Shown here piece by piece: positions 38,227 to 48,745 of a stretch of 64,000 bases of DNA (position 1 is its first letter; each line of letters starts with the position of its first letter). This DNA is from an uncultured Alphaproteobacteria bacterium (GTDB taxonomy: Bacteria > Pseudomonadota > Alphaproteobacteria > HIMB59 > GCA-002718135), in NCBI GenBank assembly GCA_902553945.1, contig CACDMT010000003.1, positions 9,332-73,331 of the forward strand, read 5' to 3'. The notes under the pieces were generated by a model that was given only the letters and a program-made list of their open reading frames with translations, was not told the origin of the DNA and made no database searches. Both the position numbers and the translations under genes were made by a program.

Positions 38227-38850
38227 ATGAAAAAGCCAATTTATAATCTTAATTCAGATACTGTAGGAGATATTACTCTTGATAAAAGTATATTTGGTTT
38301 AAAGCTTTATCCTGATATTATTCATCAATATATTAGATTTCAAAACGCAGGTTCTAGACAAGGATCACATAAAACAAAAACAAGGTCTGAAGTGAATGGC
38401 AGAAGTAAAAAGCCTTTTTCACAAAAAGGCACAGGTAATGCCAGACAAGGAAGTAGCAAGCCGCCTAACTTTAGAGGTGGAGCAGTATCTATGGGGCCTC
38501 AAAATAGAAACCACAGTTTTGTTTTAAACAAAAAAGAAAAAAAACTTGCAATAAAGTCTGCACTATCAGGTAAAGTTTCAGATGAACAAGTTATAATTAT
38601 TGATACTTTCAAAATTAAAAATTTCAAAACTAAAGAACTTCATAAAACTTTAAAAAAATTTGATTATAAATCAGCTCTATTTATTTACTCTGATGAGGGT
38701 ATTGATAATAATTTTAAATTAGCTTCTTCAAATTTACCTAATGTTTCAATTATTAAGCAGAACGGAATAAATGTAAAAGACATAGTAACATATGATAAAA
38801 TATTTATTGAAGAAAAAAGTGTTAACGAAATTACTAAGAGGCTATCATGA
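38227..38850 (+). CDS. rplD: 50S ribosomal protein L4
   Basis: Start at ATG 38227 (MKKPIYNLNSDTVGDITL), directly after the rplC stop. G..KKP..QKGTG.ARQGS...P..RGG motif. The ORF-track GTG 38203 overlaps rplC. Confidence 0.95.
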   Translation: MKKPIYNLNSDTVGDITLDKSIFGLKLYPDIIHQYIRFQNAGSRQGSHKTKTRSEVNGRSKKPFSQKGTGNARQGSSKPPNFRGGAVSMGPQNRNHSFVLNKKEKKLAIKSALSGKVSDEQVIIIDTFKIKNFKTKELHKTLKKFDYKSALFIYSDEGIDNNFKLASSNLPNVSIIKQNGINVKDIVTYDKIFIEEKSVNEITKRLS

Positions 38851-39161
38851 AGAGTAACAACAATATTTCAATTAGTAAAGCCTATAGTATTATTCATAAA
38901 CCATTAACTACTGAAAAATCAACTAATCTACAACAATATAATCAATATAGTTTTATTGTGTCAAAAAAATCAAATTCAAGTGAAATTAAACAAGCAATAG
39001 AAAAAATATTTAAGGTAAAAGTAACTAAAATAAATACTTCTATATTAAGAGGAAAGCCAAAGACTTTTAAGGGCACTTTTGGATATCGTAAAGATGTTAA
39101 GAAAGCAATAATAACTCTTCAAGAAGGCAATACAATAGATTCATCATTGGGTGTTAAATAA
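38847..39161 (+). CDS. rplW: 50S ribosomal protein L23
   Basis: 104 aa. P..TEKS, F.V....K.EIK.A.EK.F.VKV..+NT signature and conserved position. Confidence 0.95.
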   Translation: MKSNNNISISKAYSIIHKPLTTEKSTNLQQYNQYSFIVSKKSNSSEIKQAIEKIFKVKVTKINTSILRGKPKTFKGTFGYRKDVKKAIITLQEGNTIDSSLGVK

Positions 39162-39982
39162 TGTTGAATAAATTTAAACCTATAACTCCTGGTTTAAGAG
39201 GAACTGTATTAGTTTCAAAAAAACATCTCTCCAAAGATAAGCCTGTTAAATCATTATTAAAACCTTTGAAATCAACTGGTGGCAGAAATAATCAAGGTAG
39301 AATTACATCTAGAAGAATGGGTGGTGGAGTAAAACGCAAATATAGGGTAATTGATTTCAAAAGAAATAAATTTGATATTCAAGCTGAAGTTTTACGTAAT
39401 GAATATGATCCAAATAGATCATCTTTTATATCTCTTATTAAATACGAAGATGGTGAATTAAGATACATTTTGTCTCCTAAAAATATTAAGGAAGGAGAAA
39501 AAATAATCTCTGGTACTAATGTTGATATTAAAAATGGGAATTGTATGCCAATAAAAAATATTCCTGTAGGAACAAACATTCATAATATTGAAATAAAACC
39601 AGGTGCAGGAGGTCAATTAGTTAGATCAGCTGGTACAACAGCTCAGATAGTATCTAAAGATCAATCATTTGTTCAAATAAAATTAGTTTCTGGAGAGATT
39701 AGACATATTAATATGAATTCAATGGCTACAATTGGTGAAGTTTCAAATCCTGATCAGAAAAATATTAAATTAGGTAAAGCTGGAAGAAAGCGATATTTGG
39801 GTTTTAGACCAAAAGTTAGAGGAGTTGTAATGAATCCAGTTGACCACCCTCACGGCGGAGGTGAAGGTAGAACATCAGGTGGAAGAAATCCAGTTACACC
39901 TTGGGGAGTTTCTACTAAAGGAAAAAAAACAAGAAGAAATAAAAAAACTAATGTTTTCATCATTAAAAGAAGGAAGAAATAA
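39161..39982 (+). CDS. rplB: 50S ribosomal protein L2
   Basis: 273 aa. FKP.TPG.RG, GGR...GRIT.R..GGG.K+.YR.IDFKR and [17 protein letters not shown] signatures. Confidence 0.99.
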   Translation: MLNKFKPITPGLRGTVLVSKKHLSKDKPVKSLLKPLKSTGGRNNQGRITSRRMGGGVKRKYRVIDFKRNKFDIQAEVLRNEYDPNRSSFISLIKYEDGELRYILSPKNIKEGEKIISGTNVDIKNGNCMPIKNIPVGTNIHNIEIKPGAGGQLVRSAGTTAQIVSKDQSFVQIKLVSGEIRHINMNSMATIGEVSNPDQKNIKLGKAGRKRYLGFRPKVRGVVMNPVDHPHGGGEGRTSGGRNPVTPWGVSTKGKKTRRNKKTNVFIIKRRKK

Positions 39983-40264
39983 ATGACAAGATCTACATGG
40001 AAAGGACCTTTTGTTGATGTTAATTTAATTAAGAAAGCTGAAAAAGTTTCTGAGTCAGGAAGAAAAGAAGTTATTAAAACATGGTCAAGAAGATCAACTA
40101 TTATACCTCAGTTTGTAGGCTTGACATTTGGAGTTTATAATGGGCAAAAATTTGTACCTGTTAGTGTTAGTGAGCAAATGGTTGGTCATAAACTTGGGGA
40201 ATTTTCTCCAACAAGATCATTCAAAGGTCATACAGCTGCAGATAAAAAGGCAGAGCAGAAATGA
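39983..40264 (+). CDS. rpsS: 30S ribosomal protein S19
   Basis: 93 aa. R...[20 protein letters not shown]....V+NG+.F.PV.V...[12 protein letters not shown] motif. Confidence 0.98.
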   Translation: MTRSTWKGPFVDVNLIKKAEKVSESGRKEVIKTWSRRSTIIPQFVGLTFGVYNGQKFVPVSVSEQMVGHKLGEFSPTRSFKGHTAADKKAEQK

Positions 40265-40629
40265 GTGAAAATTTAATTGCAATCGCTAAAGATAATATGG
40301 TTAGAGTAAGTCCATTTAAACTTGCAAAGGTTGCAAATAGTCTTGTTAACAAGAATGTAAATAATGCAGTTAATCAACTTAAATTCTCTCAAAAGAGAAT
40401 ATCTAAAAATGTATTAAAAGTATTAAATGCTGCCATAGCTAATGCAGAAAATAATAAACAATTAGATATTGATAAGCTTTTTGTAAAAGAGGCATATGTT
40501 GGAAAAAGTCTTAGTATGAAGAGGTGGAGGCCTCGCGCTAAGGGTAGACCTGGTTCCATAATTAAACCTTTTAGTAAAATTACAATTATAGTTGAAGAAC
40601 GAAATGATCTAAAAAAGGAAAAAAAATAA
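40261..40629 (+). CDS. rplV: 50S ribosomal protein L22
   Basis: 122 aa. RVSP.K...VA..+....V..A...L.FS.K+ and NAE.N......L.V.EA.V.....+KR...RA+GR signature. Confidence 0.95.
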   Translation: MSENLIAIAKDNMVRVSPFKLAKVANSLVNKNVNNAVNQLKFSQKRISKNVLKVLNAAIANAENNKQLDIDKLFVKEAYVGKSLSMKRWRPRAKGRPGSIIKPFSKITIIVEERNDLKKEKK

Positions 40630-41306
40630 TGGGACAAAAAGTTAATCCACATGGTATCAGATTAGGAATTAATAAAACTTGGTCATCAAGATGGTTTTCC
40701 AATTCTGAATATTCAAAATTACTTCATCAAGACATAAAAATTAAAAAATATGTTGCTGAGAAATTAAAAAATGCAAGTATATCAAAAATAAATATTGAAA
40801 GAGCAGCAAAGAAAATTAGAATTTCTATTTTTAGCTCAAGACCAGGAATAATTATAGGTAAAAAAGGTGCTGATATCGAAACATTAAAAAATAATCTAGC
40901 AAAAATGTCTAGTCTAGAAGTTTTTTTAGATATTAAAGAAGTAAGAAAACCAGAGGTTGAAGCAAAGTTAGTTGCAGAAAATATTGCAAATCAATTAGAA
41001 AAAAGAATTTCGTTTAGAAGAGCAATGAAAAAGGCAGTTCAGTCAGCCATGAGATTAGGCGCAAAAGGAGTTAAGGTAGTTTGTAGTGGAAGGCTGGGAG
41101 GAGCTGAAATAGCAAGAACTGAAAAATATCATGAAGGAAGTGTCCCTTTGCACACTCTAAGAGGGGACATTGATTATGCAACTGCTGAAGCTGAAACTAC
41201 TTATGGAATATGCGGAATTAAGGTTTGGATCAATAAAGGTGAAATATTAGCAAAAGATCCTTATGCAAGTGAAAAAAAACAAGTTGAACAAGGAAGTATA
41301 AGATAA
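40629..41306 (+). CDS. rpsC: 30S ribosomal protein S3
   Basis: 225 aa. MGQKVNP.G.RLG....W.S+W, KH-domain IIGKKGA.IE.L and [11 protein letters not shown]...EG.VPLHTLR.DIDY motifs. Confidence 0.98.
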   Translation: MGQKVNPHGIRLGINKTWSSRWFSNSEYSKLLHQDIKIKKYVAEKLKNASISKINIERAAKKIRISIFSSRPGIIIGKKGADIETLKNNLAKMSSLEVFLDIKEVRKPEVEAKLVAENIANQLEKRISFRRAMKKAVQSAMRLGAKGVKVVCSGRLGGAEIARTEKYHEGSVPLHTLRGDIDYATAEAETTYGICGIKVWINKGEILAKDPYASEKKQVEQGSIR

Positions 41307-41311
41307 TGAAT

Positions 41312-41722
41312 ATGCTATCTCCAAAAAAGACAAAGTATAGAAAGCAATTCAAGGGGCGAATACATGGAAACGCTAAAGGTAATTTTTCTCTTAATTATGG
41401 AAGTTTTGGTTTGAAAGCACTTGAGCCTGAAAGAGTAACTTCAAGACAAATTGAGGCTGCTAGAAAAGCAATAACAAGATATCTTAAAAGAGCGGGTAGA
41501 ATGTGGATCAGAATATTTCCCGATGTCCCAGTTTCAAAAAAACCTGCTGAAGTTAGAATGGGCAAAGGAAAGGGTTCTGTAGAATACTGGGCTTGCAGAG
41601 TAAAACCAGGGAGAATAATGTTTGAGGTTGATGGAGTTAATATTGAAGAAGCAAAAAAGGCAATGACTTTAGCTGCTGCAAAGTTACCTATTAAATGTAA
41701 ATTTGTTGAAAGGAATACATGA
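41312..41722 (+). CDS. rplP: 50S ribosomal protein L16
   Basis: [16 protein letters not shown] is the canonical L16 N-terminus (ATG 41312). An in-frame ATG 2 codons upstream at 41306 overlaps the rpsC stop and is an alternative start. Confidence 0.95.
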   Translation: MLSPKKTKYRKQFKGRIHGNAKGNFSLNYGSFGLKALEPERVTSRQIEAARKAITRYLKRAGRMWIRIFPDVPVSKKPAEVRMGKGKGSVEYWACRVKPGRIMFEVDGVNIEEAKKAMTLAAAKLPIKCKFVERNT

Positions 41723-41919
41723 TTAAGAAAACAAATAAAAATGTTGATTCAAATAAAATTTATGCTGAGATTGCCGATTTAAAGAAAAATCTTTTAAATT
41801 TTAAATTTCAAAAATCTACTGGACAACTTGAAAAGACTTCAGAAATCAAAAAGTCTAGAAAAAAAATTGCTCAATTAAAAACAAGCATTAATCAAACAAA
41901 TGGAAATAAAAATGCCTAA
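41719..41919 (+). CDS. rpmC: 50S ribosomal protein L29
   Basis: 66 aa. L.......L...+FQ...GQLE....I+..R+.IA.+ pattern. ATGA overlap with rplP and conserved position. Confidence 0.92.
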   Translation: MIKKTNKNVDSNKIYAEIADLKKNLLNFKFQKSTGQLEKTSEIKKSRKKIAQLKTSINQTNGNKNA

Positions 41920-42154
41920 AAGAATTTTATCTGGAAAAGTCGTATCTTCTAATGCAAATAAAACAGTTGTTGTAAAAGTTACTAGAAGAGTAAAACATAA
42001 GTTATATAAAAAAATTATAAATTTATCAAAAAAATATCATGCACATGATGAAAAAAATGAATTTAAAGTTGGAGATCTTGTTTCGATCATTGAATCTAAG
42101 CCAATATCAAAGCTTAAAACATGGTCAGTACTTTCAAATAAAGGAAATAATTAA
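41912..42154 (+). CDS. rpsQ: 30S ribosomal protein S17
   Basis: [12 protein letters not shown].....KT.VV.V.R...H..Y.K.......Y.AHDE.N....GD.V.I.E.+P.SK.K.W. ATG 41912 fits homologues; ATG 41900 is the longer alternative. Confidence 0.93.
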   Translation: MPKRILSGKVVSSNANKTVVVKVTRRVKHKLYKKIINLSKKYHAHDEKNEFKVGDLVSIIESKPISKLKTWSVLSNKGNN

Positions 42155-42523
42155 ATGATACAAATGCAATCTAAATTATTTGTTGCTGATAATTCTGGAG
42201 CTAGAAAAATACAGTGTATTAAAGTTCTTGGTGGATCAAAAAGAAGATTTGCTTCAATTGGTGATATTATTGTATGTTCCATTAAAGACGCTATACCAAG
42301 AGCAAAAGTAAAAAAAGGAGAAGTTTTTAAAGCAGTTATTGTAAGAACATCAAAAGACTTTCAAAGATCAGATGGTACTTCAATTAGATTTGATAAAAAT
42401 GCTGCAGTTTTACTTGATAAACAAGAAGAACCAATTGCTACAAGAATTTTTGGCCCAGTAACAAGAGAGTTAAGAAATAAAAAATTTATGAAAATAATTA
42501 GTTTAGCCCCTGAGGTATTATAA
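42155..42523 (+). CDS. rplN: 50S ribosomal protein L14
   Basis: 122 aa. MIQ.QS.L.VADNSGA+...CIKVLGGS.+R.A..GD.I..S.K.A.P....KKG.V..AV.VRT signature. Confidence 0.99.
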   Translation: MIQMQSKLFVADNSGARKIQCIKVLGGSKRRFASIGDIIVCSIKDAIPRAKVKKGEVFKAVIVRTSKDFQRSDGTSIRFDKNAAVLLDKQEEPIATRIFGPVTRELRNKKFMKIISLAPEVL

Positions 42524-42837
42524 TGAATAAATTTAAACTTAAAAAAGGAGATGAAGTAATTGTTATTGCTGGAAAAGACAAAGGTAAGAAAGGCAAAATA
42601 ATAAAAATTTTACCTGAAAAATTTAAAGCAATTGTATCAGATATTAACAAAGTTAAAAAAAATAACAAACCAGATAATAATCAAGCGGGTGGAATAACAG
42701 AAAAAGAGATGCCAATTCATATTTCAAATATAGCTTTTTTTGATGCTAGTGCAAATAAAGCAACAAGAATTGGATTTAAAATAGATAAGAAAGATAAAAA
42801 AGTGAGAATTCTTAAAACATCAGGTAAGGAAATCTAA
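42523..42837 (+). CDS. rplX: 50S ribosomal protein L24
   Basis: 104 aa. KW/KOW motif +KGD.V.VI.GKDKGK.G.I... and conserved position. Confidence 0.95.
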   Translation: MNKFKLKKGDEVIVIAGKDKGKKGKIIKILPEKFKAIVSDINKVKKNNKPDNNQAGGITEKEMPIHISNIAFFDASANKATRIGFKIDKKDKKVRILKTSGKEI

Positions 42838-43386
42838 ATGAGTAGACTTTTAGAGGAATATAATAACACAATTTCATCAAATTTAATGTCAAAATTAAAT
42901 TTGAAGAGTAAATATGAGGTTCCAAAAATAAAAAAAATAATTCTTAATATGGGAATAGGTGAGGGTAAAGATGACTCAAAGCTAATTGACAAAGCTCAAG
43001 AAGATTTGACTCTTATCACAGGTCAAAAGGCAGTAAAAACTAAATCTAAAAAAGCAATATCTGGTTTTAAAATTAGAGCGGGCATGCCTTTAGGTGCTAT
43101 GGTCACTCTAAGAAATAAAATTATGTATGAATTTTTAGATAGATTAATAAATATTGCAATCCCAAGAATAAGAGATTTTAGAGGATTAAACTCAAACAGT
43201 TTTGACGGTAATGGTAATTTTTCTTTTGGTATTAAAGAACAGATTATTTTCCCAGAGATAAATTTTGATAAAATAGATAAAGTAAGAGGTCTAAATATTA
43301 CTATTTGTACTTCTGCAAAAAGTAACAATGATGCACTTGAGCTATTAAAAAGTTTTAATATGCCTTTTGCAGAGAAAGACAATTAG
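42838..43386 (+). CDS. rplE: 50S ribosomal protein L5
   Basis: 182 aa. P+I.KI.+NMG.GE, ITGQKA..T.+KK.I..FK.R.GMP.G..VTLR, MYEFLDRL and RDFRG....SFDG.GN...G..EQ..FPEI motifs. Confidence 0.98.
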   Translation: MSRLLEEYNNTISSNLMSKLNLKSKYEVPKIKKIILNMGIGEGKDDSKLIDKAQEDLTLITGQKAVKTKSKKAISGFKIRAGMPLGAMVTLRNKIMYEFLDRLINIAIPRIRDFRGLNSNSFDGNGNFSFGIKEQIIFPEINFDKIDKVRGLNITICTSAKSNNDALELLKSFNMPFAEKDN

Positions 43387-43393
43387 GAGATTT

Positions 43394-43699
43394 ATGGCAA
43401 AAGCAAGTTCAGTACAGAAAAATATTCTAAGACAAAAACTAATTGAAAAATTTAAAGAAAAAAGAAATAATTTAAAAAATAAAATTAGAGATAAAAATAT
43501 ATCAATTGAAGATAGAATAAAATTTCAAAATAAACTTAATGATCTTCCTAGAAACAGTTCATCAATTAGATATAGAAATAGATGTAAACTTACTGGAAGA
43601 GCAAGAGGAAATTATAGAAAATTTGGGTTATCTAGAATTAAAGTTAGAGAGTTATCAATGACTGGTGATTTGCCAGGAATGATTAAATCAAGTTGGTAA
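43394..43699 (+). CDS. rpsN: 30S ribosomal protein S14 (long, non-zinc type)
   Basis: ATG 43394 is preceded by AGGAG. MAKASSVQKN..R..L...F, then C-terminal R.RC..TGR.RG.YRKFGLSRI..RE....G..PG..K.SW. The ORF-track start 43367 overlaps rplE. Confidence 0.95.
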   Translation: MAKASSVQKNILRQKLIEKFKEKRNNLKNKIRDKNISIEDRIKFQNKLNDLPRNSSSIRYRNRCKLTGRARGNYRKFGLSRIKVRELSMTGDLPGMIKSSW

Positions 43700-43711
43700 G
43701 GAGAATAAATA

Positions 43712-44110
43712 ATGGCTTTTAATGATGCGTTATCTGATATGTTGGCAAGAATTAAAAATGCTCACACAGCTCGTAAATCTGTTACATCTTGCTTTCAATC
43801 TAAATTAAATATGAATGTTCTTTCAGTATTAAAAGATGAGGGATACATTAGGGATTTTGAAAATATTGAAGAAAGAAAAGGAATTAATTCAATTAAAATT
43901 CAATTAAAATATTACAATGGAACACCTGTAATAAAAAAAATCAAAAGAATATCCAAGCCAGGTATAAGAGTATACTCAAAAATTTCAGATCTGAAGAAGC
44001 CTTATGGTGGTTTGGGAATATCAATATTATCTACTCCTAAAGGAGTAATGTCTGATCAAGAGGCTAGGAAAAATAATGTTGGTGGTGAGATATTATGTGA
44101 GGTTTTTTAG
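43712..44110 (+). CDS. rpsH: 30S ribosomal protein S8
   Basis: 132 aa. D...DML.RI+NA, L..EGYI..F and GG.G..I+ST..GV+.D..AR...+GGE.LC.VF motifs. Confidence 0.98.
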   Translation: MAFNDALSDMLARIKNAHTARKSVTSCFQSKLNMNVLSVLKDEGYIRDFENIEERKGINSIKIQLKYYNGTPVIKKIKRISKPGIRVYSKISDLKKPYGGLGISILSTPKGVMSDQEARKNNVGGEILCEVF

Positions 44111-44643
44111 TGTCTAGAGTAGCAAAAAATAAAATAAAAATATCGAATGATCTGAAATGTATTTTTGAAGATGGAATTTTTTCTGCAAAAGGTAAACTAG
44201 GTGAAATGAAAGTCAATATTAATTCAGATTATAAAGTAGAAATCAATAATGATGAAATTACTGTTATCCCTACAAATGAAAAAAATAAAAAAAATCCTAT
44301 TTGGGGAACGACTTGGTCACTTGTATCTAACGCTGTTAAGGGTGTAAGTGAAGGCTTTATGAAGACACTTGAATTAAATGGAACAGGTTATAGAGCTAGC
44401 ATTTCAGGTACTAAGCTAAAACTACAGTTAGGTTACAGTCATGATATTGATTATGAAATACCTAAGGAAGTAAAGGTTGAATGTCCAAAACAAAATATTA
44501 TAAAACTTTCTAGTCATGATAAAGAGAAATTAGGCGCTACAGCTTCAAAGATAAGATCATTTAGAAAACCGGAGCCATTTAAAGGTAAAGGCATTAAGTA
44601 TGATAATGAATTTATTTTTAGAAAAGAAGGAAAGAAAAAATAA
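44110..44643 (+). CDS. rplF: 50S ribosomal protein L6
   Basis: GTG start, 177 aa. MSR+.K..I, G.GYRA......L.L.LGYSH and KPEP+KGKGI+Y motifs. Confidence 0.96.
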   Translation: MSRVAKNKIKISNDLKCIFEDGIFSAKGKLGEMKVNINSDYKVEINNDEITVIPTNEKNKKNPIWGTTWSLVSNAVKGVSEGFMKTLELNGTGYRASISGTKLKLQLGYSHDIDYEIPKEVKVECPKQNIIKLSSHDKEKLGATASKIRSFRKPEPFKGKGIKYDNEFIFRKEGKKK

Positions 44644-44653
44644 GAGTTTTAAT

Positions 44654-44986
44654 ATGACAAAAAGGGAACAAAGAATTAGATTTAAGCTAAAAAAAGTGTC
44701 TAAAAGAAACAGATTAACAGTTTTTAGATCAAACAATCATCTGTATGCTCAGGTAATTGATGATACAAAAGGATCAACTCTTGCTAGCTCATCTTCATTA
44801 GAAGCAAATATAAAAAATAAAAAATTAAATAGAAAAGAATTAGCGGAGCTTATTGGTAAGGAAATTGCAAAAAAAAGTATTTCTAAAGGCATTAATCAAG
44901 TTGCTTTTGATAAAGGTAAATATAAATACCATGGCTTAATTAAAATTTTAGCAGATGCTGCTAGAACTGAAGGTCTAAATTTTTAG
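44654..44986 (+). CDS. rplR: 50S ribosomal protein L18
   Basis: ATG 44654 ([14 protein letters not shown]....RL.VFRS..H.YAQ+IDD..G.TLA..SS). C-terminal FD+G.Y.YHG.+K.LADAAR..GL.F. The ORF-track start 44600 overlaps rplF. Confidence 0.95.
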   Translation: MTKREQRIRFKLKKVSKRNRLTVFRSNNHLYAQVIDDTKGSTLASSSSLEANIKNKKLNRKELAELIGKEIAKKSISKGINQVAFDKGKYKYHGLIKILADAARTEGLNF

Positions 44987-44994
44987 AGGTTATT

Positions 44995-45501
44995 ATGTTT
45001 GAAAATGATAAAAATGATTTGAGTGAGCACTTAGTTACAATAAATAGAGTAGCAAAAGTTGTTAAAGGTGGAAGAAGATTTGGTTTTGCGGCAATAATGA
45101 TTGTTGGTGATAATAAAGGAAGAGTAGGAGTTGGATCTGGAAAAGCAAAAGAAGTCCCTGAGGCAGTTAGAAAGGCAACTGAAAATGCTAAAAATAAAAT
45201 GGTTAGAGTTCATTTAAAAGAAAATAGGACAATACATCATGATGTAGTTGGTAGATTTGGAGCGGGTAAAGTGATATTACGTGCCGCAGCACCTGGTACA
45301 GGTATTATAGCGGGAGGACCAATGAGAGCTTTATTTGAATCTTTAGGAATAAAAGATATTGTAGCTAAATCCACAGGTACATCAAATCCTCATAATATGA
45401 TTAAAGCGACATTTAATGCATTTAAAATGTCTGAATCTCCTAAATCAGTAGCATCAAAGAGATCAAAAAAATTAAGTGAAATTAGTATAAAAAATAAGTA
45501 A
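44995..45501 (+). CDS. rpsE: 30S ribosomal protein S5
   Basis: 168 aa. [16 protein letters not shown]...VGD..G.VG.G.GKA.EVP.A.RKA and [15 protein letters not shown]+.AKS.G+.NP.N...AT motifs. Confidence 0.98.
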   Translation: MFENDKNDLSEHLVTINRVAKVVKGGRRFGFAAIMIVGDNKGRVGVGSGKAKEVPEAVRKATENAKNKMVRVHLKENRTIHHDVVGRFGAGKVILRAAAPGTGIIAGGPMRALFESLGIKDIVAKSTGTSNPHNMIKATFNAFKMSESPKSVASKRSKKLSEISIKNK

Positions 45502-45506
45502 AAAAA

Positions 45507-45965
45507 ATGAAAATAAATCAATTTAAATCAACAAAAACATCAAATAAAAAAAGAAAAAGAGTCGGTAGAGGTTCTGGTTCAGGATTAGGAAAAACTGCTG
45601 GCAGAGGAGTAAAGGGTCAAAAATCTAGATCAGGGGTATCTATTAATGGATTTGAGGGAGGTCAAATGCCTCTATATAGAAGATTGCCAAAAAGAGGTTT
45701 TAAGAACCATTTTAAGAAAAAAATTCAAAATGTAAGTTTTGATAAATTAAATATTATAGTTACTAAATATAAAATAAAAGAAGACTCAATAAAAGAAGTT
45801 GATTTATTTAATATGAAAATTTTTAATAAATCTAAAGGTAAACTTAAACTTTTAAATGTTGGTAAAATAGAAAAACCTATCAGCCTAGAGATTTCATATG
45901 CTTCTAAGGAAGCAATAAAGTCTATAGAAAAAGCTGGTGGTAAAATTAATATATTGGAAAAATAA
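45507..45965 (+). CDS. rplO: 50S ribosomal protein L15
   Basis: 152 aa. K.RVGRG.GSG.GKT.GRG.KGQK.RSG....[18 protein letters not shown] signature. Confidence 0.97.
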   Translation: MKINQFKSTKTSNKKRKRVGRGSGSGLGKTAGRGVKGQKSRSGVSINGFEGGQMPLYRRLPKRGFKNHFKKKIQNVSFDKLNIIVTKYKIKEDSIKEVDLFNMKIFNKSKGKLKLLNVGKIEKPISLEISYASKEAIKSIEKAGGKINILEK

Positions 45966-47306
45966 ATGGCTACTCAAGCAGAAAGATTAGCAAACAATTT
46001 AAATTTTGGAGCTCTTGGTAAGGCTACGGAATTACGTCAAAGATTATTATTTACTCTAGGAGCTTTGATTGTTTTTAGGCTTGGTACTTTTCTTCCAATT
46101 CCAGGAATTAACCCAATAGCACTTCAACAATTTTTTGAACAACAATCATCAGGCATATTAGGCATATTCGATACTTTTTCAGGAGGAGCTTTAGGTAGAA
46201 TGGGGATTTTTGCTCTTGGAGTAATGCCCTATATATCATCATCTATTATAATGACATTAATGCAAACTGCTATTCCTCATTTAAAAGCTTTAAAAGAACA
46301 GGGTACAAGAGGCAGAAGAAAATTAATCCAGTACTCTAGATATCTTACTGTATTGATTGCAGCTTTACAAGGTTACGGAGTTTCAATTGGTTTAGAGTCA
46401 ATGCAAACTGCTTATGGAAATATAGTTTTTGAGCCAGGACTTTTTTTTAGAATGACAACTGTTATAACACTTGTAGGAGGAACTATTTTTTTAATGTGGC
46501 TTGGAGAGCAAATTTCTTCACGCGGTGTTGGAAATGGAATTTCTCTAATAATAACAGCAGGAATAATTGCAAATTTACCAAGTGCCTTTGTAAGCACATT
46601 ACAATTAGGAAGAACTGGTGAACTAAGTATTGCATATATATTAGCAATATTAATACTTATATTATTATTAATTCTTTTTATAGTTTTTATAGAAAAAGGA
46701 CAAAGAAGACTACCTGTTCAATATCCAAAAAGACAAGTAGGAAATAAAATTTATGGAGGACAAAGCTCACACTTACCTTTAAAAATAAATACTGCTGGAG
46801 TTATTCCAGTAATTTTTGCATCATCAATTTTATTATTACCCAATACTATGTCTGGTTTTGGAGCTGGATCTTCTAGTGATATTTTTATTTTTATTTCTAG
46901 TTATTTAGGTAGGGGTCAGCCGCTTTACTTATTCATGTATGCATCGATGATTATATTTTTTGGATTTTTTTACACAGGAATTGTTTTTAATCCTGATGAA
47001 CAAGCTGAAAATTTAAGAAAATATGGGGGATTTATTCCAGGTATAAGACCAGGTGAAAATACAGCAAACTATATTGAATTTGTTTTGACAAGATTGACTA
47101 CTGTTGGAACTATATATCTTTCATTTGTTGCTCTATTACCTGAATTTTTACTTTCAAGAACCTCAATTCCTTTTTATCTAGGCGGTACTGCGTTATTAAT
47201 TGTTGTAGTTGTAATGATAGATTTTATTACTCAAGTACAGTCTCATTTATTTCAACATCAATATGAAAATCTTTTGAGAAAGACAAAACTTAAAGGCAGA
47301 AGATAA
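45966..47306 (+). CDS. secY: preprotein translocase subunit SecY
   Basis: 446 aa with 10 TM segments. LR.R.LFTL.AL.+FR.G...P.PGI, GALGRM.IFALG+MPYIS.SII and WLGEQI...G+GNG.SLII motifs. Confidence 0.98.
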   Translation: MATQAERLANNLNFGALGKATELRQRLLFTLGALIVFRLGTFLPIPGINPIALQQFFEQQSSGILGIFDTFSGGALGRMGIFALGVMPYISSSIIMTLMQTAIPHLKALKEQGTRGRRKLIQYSRYLTVLIAALQGYGVSIGLESMQTAYGNIVFEPGLFFRMTTVITLVGGTIFLMWLGEQISSRGVGNGISLIITAGIIANLPSAFVSTLQLGRTGELSIAYILAILILILLLILFIVFIEKGQRRLPVQYPKRQVGNKIYGGQSSHLPLKINTAGVIPVIFASSILLLPNTMSGFGAGSSSDIFIFISSYLGRGQPLYLFMYASMIIFFGFFYTGIVFNPDEQAENLRKYGGFIPGIRPGENTANYIEFVLTRLTTVGTIYLSFVALLPEFLLSRTSIPFYLGGTALLIVVVVMIDFITQVQSHLFQHQYENLLRKTKLKGRR

Positions 47307-47307
47307 C

Positions 47308-47880
47308 TTGCTAAACATAATTTTTTTTGGCCCCCCAGGTGCGGGTAAAGGTACGCAAGCAAAACTACTTGGAGAAAAATTTCAAATACCTCATTTATCA
47401 ACAGGTGATATACTTAGATTAAAAATTGAGTCACAAGATCAGACTTCAATAGAAATTAAAAAAATAATCGCTAGTGGTAAGTTAGTACCTGATACTATTT
47501 TAAATCAGATAGTCTCTGAAAGATTGATAGATAATAAATTAAAAGGATTTATATTAGATGGTTATCCAAGAACAATCGATCAATCAGATTTTCTTGATAA
47601 TTTTTTAATAAAAAACAATTTGAAAATTGATTTTATATTTAGTATTGATGTAAATTTTGAGAAATTACAAAAAAGAATTGTTAATAGAGCAAAAGAAGAA
47701 AATAGAGAGGATGATAGTATTAATATTATTAAAGTAAGGTATAATGAATACTTAAAAACTACAAGACTAGTATCTAACAAGTACAAGGCAAATTTATCAA
47801 AAATATTCAATGAAATTGATGGCGATCAGGAAATTGATCAGATTCAATCTCAAATTACCAAAATATGTCAAAAATCATGA
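47308..47880 (+). CDS. adk: adenylate kinase (short-LID form)
   Basis: TTG start, with no ATG available near the conserved N-terminus. P-loop GPPGAGKGTQA, STGD.LR and ILDGYPRT motifs. Only 190 aa with a short LID (RIVNRAKEENREDD). Confidence 0.93.
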   Translation: MLNIIFFGPPGAGKGTQAKLLGEKFQIPHLSTGDILRLKIESQDQTSIEIKKIIASGKLVPDTILNQIVSERLIDNKLKGFILDGYPRTIDQSDFLDNFLIKNNLKIDFIFSIDVNFEKLQKRIVNRAKEENREDDSINIIKVRYNEYLKTTRLVSNKYKANLSKIFNEIDGDQEIDQIQSQITKICQKS

Positions 47881-47966
47881 TTTTCATTGAATTTTTTGCA
47901 TATCTTGACTTGACTATATTATAAAAAATCATGTATTCACCCTCATTCATTTTTTAGGACATCATA

Positions 47967-48347
47967 ATGGCAAGAATATCAGGAGTAAACATTCCTACAA
48001 ATAAGAGAGTTCATATTGCTCTTACCTATATTTTTGGAATTGGAAATAAGATAGCTACAGATATATGTAACTCTGCCTCAATAGATACTTCTAAACGTGT
48101 TAGTGAATTAAATGATGATGAATTAAATAAAATTAGAGAACTTATTGACAATACATATACTGTTGAAGGAGATCTTAGAAGAAAAGTATCATTAGATATT
48201 AAAAGGTTAAATGATTTAGGTTGTTATAGAGGTTTAAGGCATAGAAAAAAATTACCAGTAAGAGGGCAAAGAACTCACACAAATGCAAGAACAAGAAAAG
48301 GCAAAGCTGTTGCAATTGCAGGAAAGAAAAAAGTTACTAAAGGTTAG
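47967..48347 (+). CDS. rpsM: 30S ribosomal protein S13
   Basis: 126 aa. MARI.GVNIP..K+V.IALTYI.GIG and [22 protein letters not shown] motifs. Confidence 0.99.
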   Translation: MARISGVNIPTNKRVHIALTYIFGIGNKIATDICNSASIDTSKRVSELNDDELNKIRELIDNTYTVEGDLRRKVSLDIKRLNDLGCYRGLRHRKKLPVRGQRTHTNARTRKGKAVAIAGKKKVTKG

Positions 48348-48349
48348 AT

Positions 48350-48730
48350 ATGGTTGAAAAAAAGAAAAGCAAAATTAAGAAAAAAGTTACATCTGGCATA
48401 GCTCATATAGTTTCTTCTTTTAATAATACCATTATTACAATTTCAGATGAAAAAGGTAATGCATTAGCTTGGTCTTCAGCTGGTCATAAAGGTTTTAAGG
48501 GATCAAGAAAATCTACACCATATGCAGCTCAAATTGCTGCCGAAGATGTAGGAAATAAAGCAAAAGAGTTTGGATTAAAAAATCTTAAAGTTGAAGTTTC
48601 AGGACCTGGATCAGGACGAGAGTCTGCTTTAAGATCACTACAATCTATAGGGTATATAATTACATCTATAAAAGATGTTACGCCAATTCCTCATAATGGT
48701 TGTAGGCCAAGAAAAAGAAGAAGAGTTTAA
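48350..48730 (+). CDS. rpsK: 30S ribosomal protein S11
   Basis: 126 aa. G.AHI..SFNNTI+TI.D..GN...[13 protein letters not shown]+AAQ.AAE and [13 protein letters not shown]+RRV motifs. Confidence 0.99.
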   Translation: MVEKKKSKIKKKVTSGIAHIVSSFNNTIITISDEKGNALAWSSAGHKGFKGSRKSTPYAAQIAAEDVGNKAKEFGLKNLKVEVSGPGSGRESALRSLQSIGYIITSIKDVTPIPHNGCRPRKRRRV

Positions 48731-48745
48731 TTAAAGGAGAATTAA

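Noticed and set aside
43023-43382. Long antisense ORFs within certain genes. They are 43023-43382 in rplE (119 aa), 61390-61761 in the EutB-like gene (123 aa), 4744-5067 in usp (107 aa), 14998-15297 in moeA, 11173-11448 in tauE, 33391-33636 in rpoC and 63686-63907 in the CysK-like gene. The many 60-90 aa ones in rpoB, fusA, fdsA, secY and adk fall in the same class.
   Set aside because: All lie fully inside strongly supported genes on the opposite strand and have biased, low-complexity composition (S/F/I/L/K-rich). None has a recognisable motif. This is expected where the sense strand is purine- and lysine-codon-rich.
47896-47925. Promoter upstream of rpsM (tandem TTGACT TTGACT at 47905-47915, TTGCAT at 47896, TATAAA/TATTAT around 47917-47925).
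   Set aside because: Several overlapping -35/-10 combinations are possible but none has good spacing (9, 15 or 18 nt), so I cannot pick one. It is left as an unassigned 86-nt spacer.
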